Source: a virus
IMG/VR virus record: IMGVR_UViG_3300029358_000325
Span: 1-64,000 of that record
Length of the DNA: 64,000 nt
Reading direction: 5' to 3' (one strand)
In this document: in pieces, positions 1 through 11,664 of the stretch
How positions within the stretch are numbered: position 1 is the stretch's first letter
Layout: every line of letters begins with the position of its first letter
The notes under the pieces: generated by a model
What the model was told of the DNA's origin: nothing
Seen by the model: the letters and a program-made list of their open reading frames with translations, nothing else
Database searches by the model: none
Made by a program: the position numbers and the translations under genes

Positions 1-318
1 AATTCTTGCCCTCCAATTATATTGAATTTATTTGAAACTTTGTTGTGTCCTGCGGGGGCTTCGTGTGTGCTCCGCAGCGGTTTAGCACTCCTTTTCTCTG
101 AGTGCTAATTGTATTGTACTCATCTTGCTCTGAAAAATCAAGGGGTTTTGCAATTTTTATGAGAAAGTTTTCAGTTTTTTAACATATCGGCATTTTATTA
201 CGTTAGTTCGTGAATTATTTGTATTCGACAATCTATTATGTGCCGCATGGTATGGCATATCTTCGCATATCTTGGCGTATTTTCACCAAAATTGGTGTAG
301 TGATTGGTGTAGTAACTC

Positions 319-1476
319 TCACATCTGTGCCACTTTTGCAAATTCAGTTTTTATCATATCAGCGTCGATTGATGTGTATACATCGAGTGTAATTTGTACT
401 GAGCTATGCCCCATTAGATATTGAACTGCCTTGATGTTCATGCCGCTGCTAACTTTTCTGGTACAAAAAGTGTGTCGAAGAACGTGAGGTGTGAGATTTG
501 GTAATTGGCACTCTGGGTAAAGACTGTTATACGCCTTTGCAATTTCTCTTAGCTCATATTCAATGTTCCAAGAGGTCTTCGGGGTTCCATTTGAATGAAT
601 TGAGATGAAACCACAATAACCATCGACCATCATCTCGTTTGTTTGTGGCCGACGATTGATAATGGCTTTAATCGCGTGATATGCCTCAGCGCTCAATGGA
701 ATCGTCCGAAACCCAGCTTTTGATTTTGGATCTGTGATGTAGAGTTCTCCTTTTGAGGTTTTGATGAGTTGTTTATCAATTACAACTTCATGTTTCACAA
801 AGTCAATGTCCGAAAGTGTTAACCCACAAAATTCACTTACGCGAATTCCAGTTTCATACAAAAATACGATGTCATCATAATACTTACGAAAGACTCGATC
901 ACATAAAACGAATTCAAGCAAATTAGAATACTGTTGTTCAGTTAATGCGACTCTTTTTTTAGTGTCGTTTTTTATAACTTCATTCAGCTGAAAATCAAAC
1001 GGATTCTTTAAAATTAAATCATCTTCTTGAGCCATTTTAAACGCAGCTTTTATCAGTGTTTTTATAGTTTTTATTGTACTGTATTTTAACCCATTCTGAC
1101 TAAAATCAATAATCAGTTGTTTTGCGTCTGAAATCTTTACGTCAATAATTTTTGTATTACCAATAGACGTATCTTTCAACTTGTTTATTGTTGTATGATA
1201 TGTCTTCAAGCTCGATTTCTTTATTGATGTTTTTTTAAATTCGTAATATCTTATAAGAAACTGATATGTTGTTATTTTACCGCCTTCAAAGTTTATCCTT
1301 TGAGAAATTATTTTACTAGCATTATTTTCTTTTTCTCGAAGAACTTTTAAATCTTTCGCATAAATTGTGTGACGTTTTCCAGTTGTATCAGTCCATCGAT
1401 ATTGATATATTCCATCCTTTCTTTGGCTTTCGCCGTCTTTTAAGACTCTACCTTTACTATCTTTACGTCTTTCCAT
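319..1476 (-). CDS. int: Tyrosine-type site-specific integrase. The likely start is the internal ATG at 1476, which has an AAGGAG SD; the track over-extends the ORF from a TTG at 1539.
   Basis: C-terminal catalytic region LRHTFCTRKVSSGMNIKAVQYLMGHSSVQITLDVYT (H-x-x-R ... LGH ... Y) is typical of the phage integrase family. It sits at the left end next to an Xis-like gene. Confidence 0.8.
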   Translation of the reverse strand: MERRKDSKGRVLKDGESQRKDGIYQYRWTDTTGKRHTIYAKDLKVLREKENNASKIISQRINFEGGKITTYQFLIRYYEFKKTSIKKSSLKTYHTTINKLKDTSIGNTKIIDVKISDAKQLIIDFSQNGLKYSTIKTIKTLIKAAFKMAQEDDLILKNPFDFQLNEVIKNDTKKRVALTEQQYSNLLEFVLCDRVFRKYYDDIVFLYETGIRVSEFCGLTLSDIDFVKHEVVIDKQLIKTSKGELYITDPKSKAGFRTIPLSAEAYHAIKAIINRRPQTNEMMVDGYCGFISIHSNGTPKTSWNIEYELREIAKAYNSLYPECQLPNLTPHVLRHTFCTRKVSSGMNIKAVQYLMGHSSVQITLDVYTSIDADMIKTEFAKVAQM

Positions 1477-1549
1477 AAACAGACTCCTTACATTTACTAT
1501 AAAGAGCCTTGATGTGACACTATAAGTATACCACACCAAAGCTCTGATT

Positions 1550-1744
1550 TCAAATCGAATAAGACTGGTCTATGTATTTTTCAAGTGCTTTGCGTTTAAT
1601 CAAGCGTTTTGATCCAACCCACAGCACAAGCTGCTTGTCGTCCTTGTCTGTAATTTCTCTTAATTTATGTGTGCCGATATTAGAGTACGCAGCGGCTTCT
1701 TCCACAGTAAGCGTCGTTTTTTCCCAGATTGGGACTTCTTTCAT
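1550..1744 (-). CDS. xis: Excisionase / small HTH DNA-binding protein.
   Basis: 64 aa. TLTVEEAAAYSNIGTHKLREI is an HTH of the Xis/MerR-like type. It lies immediately upstream of int and overlaps the folD stop by ATGA. Confidence 0.45.
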   Translation of the reverse strand: MKEVPIWEKTTLTVEEAAAYSNIGTHKLREITDKDDKQLVLWVGSKRLIKRKALEKYIDQSYSI

Positions 1745-2568
1745 TCAATCACCTTCTCCATCTTATGTTCACCATATTTAGCCACGCATACATTATATAA
1801 GAGCATGGCACGGGTCATGAGGCCAACCCCACCGATACGAGGAGTCACCTTGATATCTTCCATCTCATAAACGGCGGCAGCGCAATCACCATGCTGCTTT
1901 CCATTTTCGTCATAGTTGATGCCAACATCGATGCAAACCTCTACTCGATCAAGACCAAGCGGTGTGATGAAATTACGTTTTCCGACTGCAGAGATGATCA
2001 CATCGACCATATCCATTGCAAGAGCCGTGCACTTCATAAAACTTCCGCTGCTATTTACAGAGATCACATTACAGTGCCGCTTAATCAGCATATCGACCAA
2101 CGGACGACCTACGATGTCAGATTGACCACACACAAGCACATTCTTGCCATCCAGATCGTAATCGATGGAGTCAAAAATCTTCATAACGCCAAGCGGAGTG
2201 CAAGGCTGAAATGGCGATGTAGAATTAAAACCATCAACATCAACTGCGTCTGGAATGCAGATATTTTGGGGGTTGATATGTTTTGGCAACGGAAGCTGAA
2301 CAATGATACCGTCCACATATTCCCAATTATAATCTTCTAAGATCTTGTTATTCAATTCATCTTCAGTAATATTTTCTGGCAGTTTAATAAGTTCTACTTC
2401 GATTCCCACCTCTTCACAGTCACGCAATTTACCTCTAATATAAGCATTAGACGCAGGATTATCCCCTACTTGATAAATATGTAAAACAGGAGTGTAATCG
2501 GCATCTGCGATAATATTCTTGATTTTATCTTTGATATCTTGTGCAATAGATTTGCAATCAATAATCAT
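1741..2568 (-). CDS. folD: Bifunctional 5,10-methylene-tetrahydrofolate dehydrogenase / methenyl-THF cyclohydrolase.
   Basis: 275 aa. Motifs YIRGKLRDCEEVGI, LVCGQSDIVGRPL and TPRIGGVGLMTRAMLLYN match FolD. AGGAGG SD before the ATG at 2568. Confidence 0.85.
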   Translation of the reverse strand: MIIDCKSIAQDIKDKIKNIIADADYTPVLHIYQVGDNPASNAYIRGKLRDCEEVGIEVELIKLPENITEDELNNKILEDYNWEYVDGIIVQLPLPKHINPQNICIPDAVDVDGFNSTSPFQPCTPLGVMKIFDSIDYDLDGKNVLVCGQSDIVGRPLVDMLIKRHCNVISVNSSGSFMKCTALAMDMVDVIISAVGKRNFITPLGLDRVEVCIDVGINYDENGKQHGDCAAAVYEMEDIKVTPRIGGVGLMTRAMLLYNVCVAKYGEHKMEKVIE

Positions 2569-5354
2569 TGTGAACCTCCTTTATAAGAATCCAAGTTTTA
2601 TCAAGGTCGCTTAGTAATATCGCAATCCATATCTCGTGCAAGCTCTAAAAATTCCTCAAAAGACAAGTCGTGCATAACTTCCGCAGTAGATACTTTATTC
2701 GGAGAGACGTATCGAAATTGCTTCTTCAGTTCGATGTAACTGTCACTATTTCTTTTGATTTTTACTGTTTCTGAGTGCTCACCGACATTTGGGATGGCAA
2801 CATAAAAATGATTTTTAATTGTCTCCCCTATCCAATTTGGACGTCCAGATCCATCTCTGTTATAAAATTTCACTGAATATTCTTCAATCGAATTCTTCTC
2901 AACATATTGCAGCAAAGTTTTTTTATAAAAGATTTCTCTACGGTATGGAGCAATGTCACATAAGTCTGCAGAGATAATATAATATCCAAGCTCTTTCATC
3001 GATGTTCTCCTTTATACTTACTACTACTATACAGAATATTTCGTAGCTGATTGATAAAATCATCGACCGCGCACTTACTACAATCTAAATCAGAGGTACA
3101 CATACTACAGCCATCTATGTAATGCTGCATCAAATCCTCTAATGATTTTTTATAGTATTTTGCCTTGTTTTTGTAAAACCCTAATTCTTCCATAAAATCA
3201 CCTCGTTACTGTACTAACTCCATTATTTTTAATCTGTCCTTTTTGAACATGAATTATTACAGAGTCAGCATTAACAGTATTGGTTGATTTATATTCGATA
3301 TATGGAGCGTTGCTATCATATACAATTTTTACATGGCCTTTGATATTCATATAATTGCCATTACAAAGAATCGTAAGCATCTCGTAATTTTCTGCTGGGA
3401 CATTAGATACCATAGTAGATGTATATCCGTAGATGCCCGATTCCAGTTCTTCAATAGTGGCAGTCCACTCAATCGGATTATAATGACGATAGATACCGTC
3501 GCCAATCGCCCATACAAAATATCCAACAATAAGAGTAATGAGCACACCGGCTGTCAAAAACAAGATCTTTTCTCCAAGAGTGAGTTTTTCATTATTACCA
3601 TCCAAGTTCAACACCACTTTCGTTTACAATATAGATGCCGTTGTCTTTCAAATACTCAATAAACTCTTCATGTGGTAATTTATGGGCGAGCTCACAAATA
3701 GTGTAGTTACTTCTGCCTTTCACCCACTTTGTTTCTTTTCTCAAGTTAGACCATTGATGTACACGAAATTCCTTACAACGCCATTTTAAATGAAAGGTAT
3801 CCGTACACAAATCGCAAATTGGTATTTCTACATAAAAGTCACCCGGATAGCGTTTTCTACGCCACCACTCCATATCATAGAATACAATACCATAGAGTTC
3901 GGGATAATCTTCAAATCCATGTTCTCTAAGGTACGCAAAACCCAATCCATTGATGGTCCATTCTGGCGACCGTGGAACTGTATATCGAAGTTGCGATTCT
4001 GTATGCGAGATACAGGCATTGTTATATTTTCCATCAATGTCCATAATGTACCAGTCGGATTTATAATAGCCTATTTGTTTAGTCACAACTAATCACCTCC
4101 CCCGTATCATCACCCAACGGCCACGTGCATCCATAAAATGTTCCCAAATTTTCGATTTTAAAATAGTACCATTTTTTCGTCACGTAGTCATAAATACTGT
4201 AGCAAGTGCAGCGGCCATCCGGCCAATGGTTCTTTTTAATAGCATCAATATCAAGTTCTAAAAATCGTTTGATTTCGGATAATTTATATGAAGCAAAAAT
4301 ATAATCCCATGGGCCACGCCAATGGATAAACCACATGTGCTCTACGAAGTTCGGCCATTCTACAGAAAATCGTTCGACTGGTTTACTTCTGCCAAAATTC
4401 TTATATTGAAGAAAATAGTTGCTGATACCGTGTACACCAGTCCAATAATGGTCTTTAGTGCAGATGAAATGAGAATAGCTTTCCCATTCTGGATTTTGTA
4501 TTTCCCAGTGATTCTTTTCGATTGAAAATCTATCGTCCATTCAATCTACCTCATAAAAGTCTAGTTCTTAAAAAATAAGCTTACGCTGATATTTATTTAA
4601 AACTTCCTGAATCTCATCAACAAAACTTTCAACAGCAGAATCTGTTTTTTCTTTCTGATATTCTTCTACAGAATCTACATCAACGTCAATATTGATTACA
4701 TCATTGTGGTATGGCTCTCCAGTCAAATCAATTCCATAGTTGATTTCATCGAACGGAGCCTCATACCAGTTGCCGTTTTCTCTATTAACAACCCCAAAGG
4801 TCAATTCGGTATTTTCATCATAGCCTATTTCATTCAGTTTTTTGATAAGTTCTATAACTTTCATCTCATACACCATCCTTTGATTTTCTCACACGCTCTG
4901 CAAATTGCGTCAAAAGTCAACTCTCGTCTGCATCAGAAACAGTTTGAAGTACGCTCTCCGCTTCTTTGCGAGCCAATCGTTGTTTATATTCTTTGTTTGC
5001 GATTCGTTCTTGCTCATGCAATTCAAGTCCTTTCAGCCAGTAAGATGGACATTCATAAATTTTTTCAAGTGTGTTTGCATCGCAAAAGTGTTCTCGATCT
5101 CTCTTATTGTAATCGTAATATCCAATAAATGACAGACCACAATCGCTTATTACAACGTTGTCTTTTAAAAGAATCGGACGCTCATCCATGACCTTAACCC
5201 AACCGAGAAAGTCTTCGCAAGATTCGGCGCAACTATCTCTTGTTTGCTTTCTATAAGCGCATACTTCTTTATGTAGACATTTACTGCAAATAGCCATTTT
5301 TTTCTCACCTCTTTCTAAAACATACATTCTTGAAAATAAACTTGCTTTGGCATA

Positions 5355-5654
5355 TTATTTTTCTTTATCGCAAATTCTGCAATACCGATGAAACGGAGAT
5401 TCGATAATCTGCCAAAATATAGGTTTCCACTTGTGTTTATTAAAGATACGGCTGTTCTCCATAATATCAACCGGATAAGAACTAGAATCACATTCAGGAC
5501 AGTTGTATTTCAAATCACAATAATTGGCTGGCTTGAACTCTCCAAGAGAATCTGCATCAACCCAAAACTCGCAACCGCAGCTAGAACATCTAAACTCTAC
5601 TGAGTATTTTGTTTTTTCTCTTTCTTTACCATGGACTTCAATTCGTATAGCCAT
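5355..5654 (-). CDS. Zn-ribbon protein, paralog 1 of 3. The start was set at the internal MAIRIEV.
   Basis: CQMAIRIEVHGKEREKTKYSVEFRCSSCGCEFWVD and a CPEC pair. Near-identical architecture in the next ORF. Confidence 0.4.
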   Translation of the reverse strand: MAIRIEVHGKEREKTKYSVEFRCSSCGCEFWVDADSLGEFKPANYCDLKYNCPECDSSSYPVDIMENSRIFNKHKWKPIFWQIIESPFHRYCRICDKEK

Positions 5655-5662
5655 TTGGCACC

Positions 5663-5893
5663 TCAATCCACAAAAATCTTTTCTCTTGGAACTGTAGATA
5701 AACAAGATGAAACTTCTGTGTTGCATTCTGGGCAAATCGCCTGTTTAACCGGTGAGTATTCAGTCCAATCAAATTCTTTTGGAATTTTCGTATCTTCTTC
5801 ATCAGCCCAAAATACGCATCCACATTTACAAAGGAATTTAACGGCATATCTTGTTTTCTTTCGCTCATGTTTGTGTTCAATAATCTTAATCGC
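5663..5893 (-). CDS. Zn-ribbon protein, paralog 2 of 3.
   Basis: CQMAIKIIEHKHERKKTRYAVKFLCKCGCVFWAD and a CPEC pair. Clear paralog of 5355-5654. Confidence 0.4.
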   Translation of the reverse strand, partial: AIKIIEHKHERKKTRYAVKFLCKCGCVFWADEEDTKIPKEFDWTEYSPVKQAICPECNTEVSSCLSTVPREKIFVD

Positions 5894-6116
5894 CATCTGG
5901 CACCTCCACGGTAAAAATAGTTTTAGTTGCTTCTTTCCAAGAAATAAACTCAGCCCCAGCAACTTCCGCTCTACATCTATAGCACGCAATCACATTATTC
6001 TCAGGAATATCCAAATCAGGATTTTCAAAAGAAGTTACTCGAATCTTAGTTGTGCAACCGCAGTTCTTACAAGGAAACACGATTACTGGATTTTTCAAAC
6101 TATCAGTCTTGTGCAT
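5886..6116 (-). CDS. Zn-ribbon protein, paralog 3 of 3 (more diverged).
   Basis: MHKTDSLKNPVIVFPCKNCGCTTKIRV...CYRCRAE. Same MHKTD-type start and double CxxC layout. Confidence 0.35.
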   Translation of the reverse strand: MHKTDSLKNPVIVFPCKNCGCTTKIRVTSFENPDLDIPENNVIACYRCRAEVAGAEFISWKEATKTIFTVEVPDGD

Positions 6117-7722
6117 AATGATTTTTATTCCTCCCACCCACCCATAAAACATATTTACTCTAATTGCTCAAGTGCATATATCAAATACAAAATTAAAGTC
6201 TTTGTCTTTTCTTTTGTAAGTGTTGCAGAGCTCAATTCCATATCTGGAGCATCACTATAATATGCAAGTTCAACAGAGCCATTCGAGACTCTTACGCCAA
6301 TATCTACGTTGTAAATTCCGTCTGTCGCTTGCAGGAAACCGATTTCATTCCCCTCCATAAATCCTCCGTAAAATTTACCTTTTACCAGAATGAATATTTC
6401 GTTCTAATTGAAGGTGTTTCTACACTTTTTGCAGGATTTTCCAGCATCGCGGCCTTCGCCGTGATTTCATCGATACTCTTTTGGAAATCCTGTAGCTTCT
6501 TCAATTCGCTTTCGATGTCCAGTTTCACTTCGACATTCTCGATAAACCCCATATCCTCAAGGCATTTGCAGTAGCCAGCAATCTCGTTATAGAAGATGTG
6601 ATTGTACTCTTCCAAAAGCGTATGCCCGTCAAACAGCTTTACTTGCCATGCAATTCCAAATGGAGCTTCTTTCTCGTAATGAGATTCGACAGTGTAATAC
6701 TTCATACATACCTCAAATCAGCTTAATACCTTCTGGTTTAACATAATAAACAGAATTATTATACTTAACTACAAGATAACATCCATAAAGATTTTGAATC
6801 ATCTTTTGAATATACACCTCAGCACCTTTTGGGATATCTTCCTTGTGTAAGGCAAGTGCAGTTTTCCAATCTTCGTCCATGAGATTTTCCAAAGCAACGC
6901 CTTTGCGCCCAGTGTATCTATCGTACATTATGTATTCTCCTTACTTAATGCCGTACTTAGCTTTGACCTTCTTCAAAGTCTCACTCTTGTTGTGATAGTC
7001 ATCGCGAGCTGCCTGATAAGAAGTCATCTTCTCTGCAAGGACACGCTTTGCTTCGGCCTCTGCAACGTCAGCCTCTGCCAGCTCCTTGTTCAAAACAAAG
7101 CCGCTCGTCTTGATACCATCAATAAAACCATCCATGCGATCCTTCTTGACACTCTTCTCGCCCATTGCACCAGTATCAGTGTTAAACATCTTCACAACAG
7201 AATCTTCGACACCAGCGATATTGTAAACGTAAAAATATTTAGCCATAATTTAATTCTCCTCGATCTTTTCAAACTTATAAACTGTATTCTCAGTCTGGAC
7301 AATAACATTTTTCTTGTCACTTGAGATGTAATAATCAACAACACAAGATGTGTGCATTGCGCCCGGATAATCATGTCCATCATTATCTTTGATGTATCGG
7401 AAACCAGCTGATTCTCCGATCTTCAGATGCACGATTTTCATTGTCATGCCAATCCAAGTTAGATACCAGCCGTCGTTTCGAGTGCGGCCAGTTACCAGTG
7501 AGATTGCGTTCGTCAGCTCGTACTGATTTTCCATAATCTCATCATCAATCGGATTTTTATGAGTCAATGCAGCATTCGGCATCTTTTCAATTGTGCGTGT
7601 CAAAAGAAGCATGAAATGCATAAACGCATCATGCTTATCCTGCTCAGCATCGATTTCTGCGTACTTGCCCATCCGATACAGAAGCTCGGACGTATCGATT
7701 GTCTTTCCCATAAACACCTCGA

Positions 7723-8256
7723 TTACTGTTTTCCAGTAGAACCAAACCCACCGGCTCCACGCTCAGTTTCGTCCAATTTGGAAACTTCTTCAAAATCAGC
7801 CTGCCAAAACGGAACAACTGCCATCTGAGCAATGCGGTCGCCATGAGTAATCATCTGCGGGATGTTGGAATAGTTGTGGAGAGGAATAATGATCTCTCCA
7901 CGATAATCCTGGTCGATGATTGGCACAGCGTTTACAGGTGCAAGTCCCTGCTTTGTGGAAAGACCGCTGCGGGCGAAGCCCTGAATGTACCAACCTTCCG
8001 GCGGAGCCATTCGCAAACCAGTATGTACCTTAACGGTCTCATGCGGCTGAATCATAATACAACGATCGCCATTCTTGTTTACCATCGTTGCATCATCAAA
8101 ACCAATATAGGCATACAGGTCTGCACAAGCAGCATTTGCAGAACCATAAGTCGGCAGATGAGCGTCATCGTGCAATTTGTTGATTTTAATGTTGGGGCGA
8201 TACGGCATCTGACTCATGCCATAGCCAAGATTAATAGTTGTGTTTCCTAAATCCAT
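7723..8256 (-). CDS. dut: dUTP diphosphatase. Start set at the ATG at 8256, which abuts the nrdG stop.
   Basis: dUTPase motifs AACADLYA, ARSGLSTKQG, IIDQDYRGEI, GDRIAQM and RGAGGFGSTG. Confidence 0.8.
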   Translation of the reverse strand: MDLGNTTINLGYGMSQMPYRPNIKINKLHDDAHLPTYGSANAACADLYAYIGFDDATMVNKNGDRCIMIQPHETVKVHTGLRMAPPEGWYIQGFARSGLSTKQGLAPVNAVPIIDQDYRGEIIIPLHNYSNIPQMITHGDRIAQMAVVPFWQADFEEVSKLDETERGAGGFGSTGKQ

Positions 8257-8257
8257 G

Positions 8258-8812
8258 TTATTTTCCTTTCTCTTCTGGAGTCCACCAAAGGACTGGTCTT
8301 CGCAAAGCAAAACTCTTATTACAGCCGATTACACGTTGATTGGAACTCCCCATGTACGGCAAAGAGATATCTCGTTTAGATTCAATATATGGGCCATCGA
8401 CTAGCACGTTTATGTTTCGAATAATTGTTACCGTTGTCGGAATAGTTTGATATTCCAATTCTTCTGCCGCCTGTTGAATCAATTCTTCCCATGTATATCC
8501 AGTCCACATCCAAATGTCTTTGCTTCCTTCAAACTCGTGTCTGACTCTTATTAGAATTTTGCAAATCATCTCCCTGTTCTCTGGATACAGTGGGTCTCCA
8601 CCAGTAAGCGTAAGCCCCTGAATATAATCAGGTCGAAGTAAATCTACAATTTTATCAAGCGTTTCTTCTGTGAATGGCTGACCACCATTCGGGTCCCATG
8701 TAGTAGGATTCTGGCAACCGGGGCAATGGTGATTGCAACCAGCACAGAATAACGTGACTCTTACGCCCGGACCATTCGCTATATCACATGGGACAATCTT
8801 CATATAATTCAT
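8258..8812 (-). CDS. nrdG: Anaerobic ribonucleotide reductase activating protein (radical SAM). Start at MNYMK, with a GAGGGA SD.
   Basis: CDIANGPGVRVTLFCAGCNHHCPGCQNP is the NrdG-type cysteine cluster. The gene lies in a dNTP-metabolism block that also carries nrdD (13.2-15.4 kb). Confidence 0.8.
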   Translation of the reverse strand: MNYMKIVPCDIANGPGVRVTLFCAGCNHHCPGCQNPTTWDPNGGQPFTEETLDKIVDLLRPDYIQGLTLTGGDPLYPENREMICKILIRVRHEFEGSKDIWMWTGYTWEELIQQAAEELEYQTIPTTVTIIRNINVLVDGPYIESKRDISLPYMGSSNQRVIGCNKSFALRRPVLWWTPEEKGK

Positions 8813-8899
8813 CAGTGTTCCCTCGTGCTTTATTGATTTCGTTTGCCGCAATTTTCGCATCACTTTCTGTGTCATAAATATTACGAATGTAATACTCAA

Positions 8900-9221
8900 A
8901 ATCAGGATCGATATTGTCCCTTGTGTTGGTTCCTTCTAGTTGAATAGATTCTTCTTCTACCGTTAAATTGCCATCTTCGTTAATCCTTGCTCCGATGTTT
9001 ACTCTCTTGATTTTACATTTTTTGATTCGATATACGTCTTTTACAACCTTTTTGTATCCAAGGCAAATTGGGCAACGCCACTTTTTCTGAGTACCGTCAA
9101 AGAATGTTATATTCACATTTCCGTTGGTATCACATTTATTACAGTTTTTGTCGGCATTCTCTCGCTCAATAATCCATGCAAAGCTTCCGGGAACGTGCTT
9201 TAAATTAAAGCTAGTATCCAT
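8900..9221 (-). CDS. Hypothetical Zn-ribbon protein. The 3' end overlaps nrdG in the track.
   Basis: CNKCD...CPICLGY motif pairs. No other similarity recognised. Confidence 0.3.
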
Positions 9222-9418
9222 TTTAAATCACCTTTGTCCATAGACTCACACATACGATAATAAGAATATTCAGTGCAACGACAGTCCACTTTACATATTT
9301 AAGTTTGATGTCATACATTACAGTATTACGTAAGAAATCGTATAGAATTTCTTCAGAGCGGATAATTGCGGCTGTAAGAATCAAAACGATATACGATTTA
9401 ACAAGCATCCAAACAATC

Positions 9419-9727
9419 TCAGTCAGCATCGATTAGCACCTCCTCGATTGGAATAACCTGACCATCAACGTAGTAGCACATCTGACCGTGCTCATTATAA
9501 TAAGGAGACATATAGCCGTAAGCATGGTATCCTCCACTTTTACTGAACAAATAATACATAACGTGTGTATCCTTGTCGTACACCATAGGAGTGTCACCAA
9601 TGCGATAGAACCAGCCATTCTCTTTGGCTACATTCCCTACTGAGTCTTTCACACTTGTACTGCATCCAGTCAGTATAATAGCTGCTAAAAGTACGCATAC
9701 GGCAGCATTTTTGAAAGTCTTAAACAT
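9419..9727 (-). CDS. Putative lipoprotein.
   Basis: From the internal start, MFKTFKNAAVCVLLAAIILTGCSTS is a signal peptide with an L-T-G-C lipobox. Confidence 0.45.
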   Translation of the reverse strand: MFKTFKNAAVCVLLAAIILTGCSTSVKDSVGNVAKENGWFYRIGDTPMVYDKDTHVMYYLFSKSGGYHAYGYMSPYYNEHGQMCYYVDGQVIPIEEVLIDAD

Positions 9728-10160
9728 ACCTTTCCTTTCTGTTAAAAGCGGAATTCTATCAAAATTTGTTATAAATTTATTGCGATAATGCGTCAAATAA
9801 TTTTACTGAAATTTGGAATTTCTTAGCTTTTTGTCAAGCTTTGTTTCTCTCTCCGTCATGTAGCGCCAATATACTACCGTATCAGCAACCTCATAATAAT
9901 CAGTATCATACCACTCACCATTAAATGTGATGCACGCAACGCTTTCTGTTCCGTCCTTGTATTTTATGATGACATCCTCTGAACACATTCCGTGCTCTGG
10001 GACTGGAGGAGTTACGTCTTTCGCGCAAAACCATCGTGCATCGATGCTTTCTTCTTCGTATGAAACCAACTTTATATTATGATAACAACGCTCGAGTCTA
10101 TCGCAGATGTCGCCTTTAATGGGGTTGATGTCCTCGTCTCCGTTTTCATCAACCAGAAGT

Positions 10161-11162
10161 TCAAGTGTTACTTTCTTCATGCTCGTTCTCCGTTAAATAA
10201 CGCCAATAATCAGGTGACTTCAAGTACGTCATCACGCCGTCAGGCATCCAATTGCCATATTTTGAGTACCACACTTTAACTTCTCTCTCGCCGTATTTTG
10301 CCATAACGGTGCTACAAAGTTTTGGGAGATTCACCGCTGGGATATTCCAGTCATCTAACTCTACTTCCGGCCAGTCGATTCTAGCTCCGCAGTTACCACA
10401 GTAACCATTACGGTTACCATCTTCATTAAAGAGATATTCACCGCTGCCACAGCACTGGCAGGCAATAATACCTTTTTCTGCAAAAGGATTGTTAATCATT
10501 TTTAGCCTCGATTTCTTTCCATCCAATGAAATCACAAATACAAAGCTTCTCTGGATCACACCGATGAAGCAGGAATTTGTTCTGTCCAGAAAGCCTAGAC
10601 CCGCCAGACACTTCAACGGGTTTACACCCATCTTGAAACATTCCTGAAAGAGTCCATTTCTCAGCAATAGATAAATCAACATCATTTTTAATGATATCGC
10701 GATTGCATCCACGGCATTTAAAGATTTTTACGTATTTCTTCTCCATATTACCTCAGTACCCTTATCATCGGCAGTGTCGTTTTTCATATCATCAAAGAAA
10801 GATTCATAATCAAACCACTTATCCTCAAGAATATTGCCGATAATTTTTACTGTACTACCCCAGCCTTTAGTTGCCACACGGATATACTTGTCTTTCATGT
10901 TCTCGTACTTATCGCAGCCAACAGTGTCCATGATTCGCATGATGGCTTCCATACCAGAAGCATATCCTTTGAAAGTTTTTGCTCCTACATATCCTTTACC
11001 AAGAACATATCCTCCATAGCAAACGCCCCATCCATGACCATCCAACGTCAAATCAGAAGTCAAAACTCCATGATCGGCCATGTTAAGGCTAACATTCTTG
11101 ATTTGTGCATTTCGGATCTCGTATCCTTCAGCTTCAAGCAGCTTTTCTGTCCACTTCTTCAT
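10161..11162 (-). other. Three small ORFs: 10161-10499, 10492-10746 and 10728-11162. Two are Zn-ribbon proteins (CQCCGSG/CGNCG; CRGCNRD).
   Basis: ORF track only. Cys pairs. No catalytic motifs recognised. Confidence 0.3.
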
Positions 11163-11664
11163 TTTGTCTCCTGTTATTTAACGTATCTACGTTATAAATT
11201 TGATAGAATTTTACGATAAAACGGCACTTTTATCAAGATTCATTTTCCCTCTCTATAATGCCAGCCATTTCCATAATTTCAAAGAAATCATCCATTAAAG
11301 CTTCTGCCATCTTTCTAGAGATTTTAGGAAGTTCTAAACCGAAATCCTTGAATGCACAATTAAGGCAACCCCAAGGCGCTAGAACAAATTTTTCATCATC
11401 GTCTTTTGAATTGATGTTTTCATAAACGATATTTTCGTCTTCCATCTCAGCTACCTGCCTTTTCTACATTCTGAACCATGCAGCTCATACCGGGATGAGA
11501 TTTTTCAAAACGATAATGTGCTTTATTCATAGCATCGTTCTGATCCTGTGCTTTTACCATATATGTATTGAATGCCTGATGTCCATCATCATAGTACATT
11601 ACTTCAACAGACCAATAATCCATAAAACTCCTTTCATGCCACCACACCCACCCTGCTTGTTTAT

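Larger units (their letters stand above)
2601..7717 (-). other. Array of about 17 small co-directional ORFs (60-170 aa) of unknown function. It includes three tandem Zn-ribbon paralogs at 5355-6116.
   Basis: Tightly packed minus-strand ORFs with SD-like sequences. Several are Cys-rich (CxxC pairs). No recognisable catalytic motifs. Confidence 0.4.

Noticed and set aside
1891-2340. Plus-strand ORFs overlapping folD and other minus-strand genes. Examples are 1891-2340, 11979-12830, 13266-13913, 13986-14639, 35273-35944, 43218-44195 and 53807-54823. Some exceed 280 aa.
   Set aside because: Each lies antisense within a minus-strand gene that has clear enzymatic motifs. The translations are low-complexity and Leu/Ser/Ile-rich with no SD, as expected for an AT-rich shadow frame.
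8784-8899. The 115-nt overlap between nrdG and the upstream ORF in the track, as possible programmed overlap or frameshift.
   Set aside because: nrdG has an internal ATG at 8812 with a good SD (GAGGGA). The long overlap is an artefact of the track choosing the most upstream TTG/GTG.
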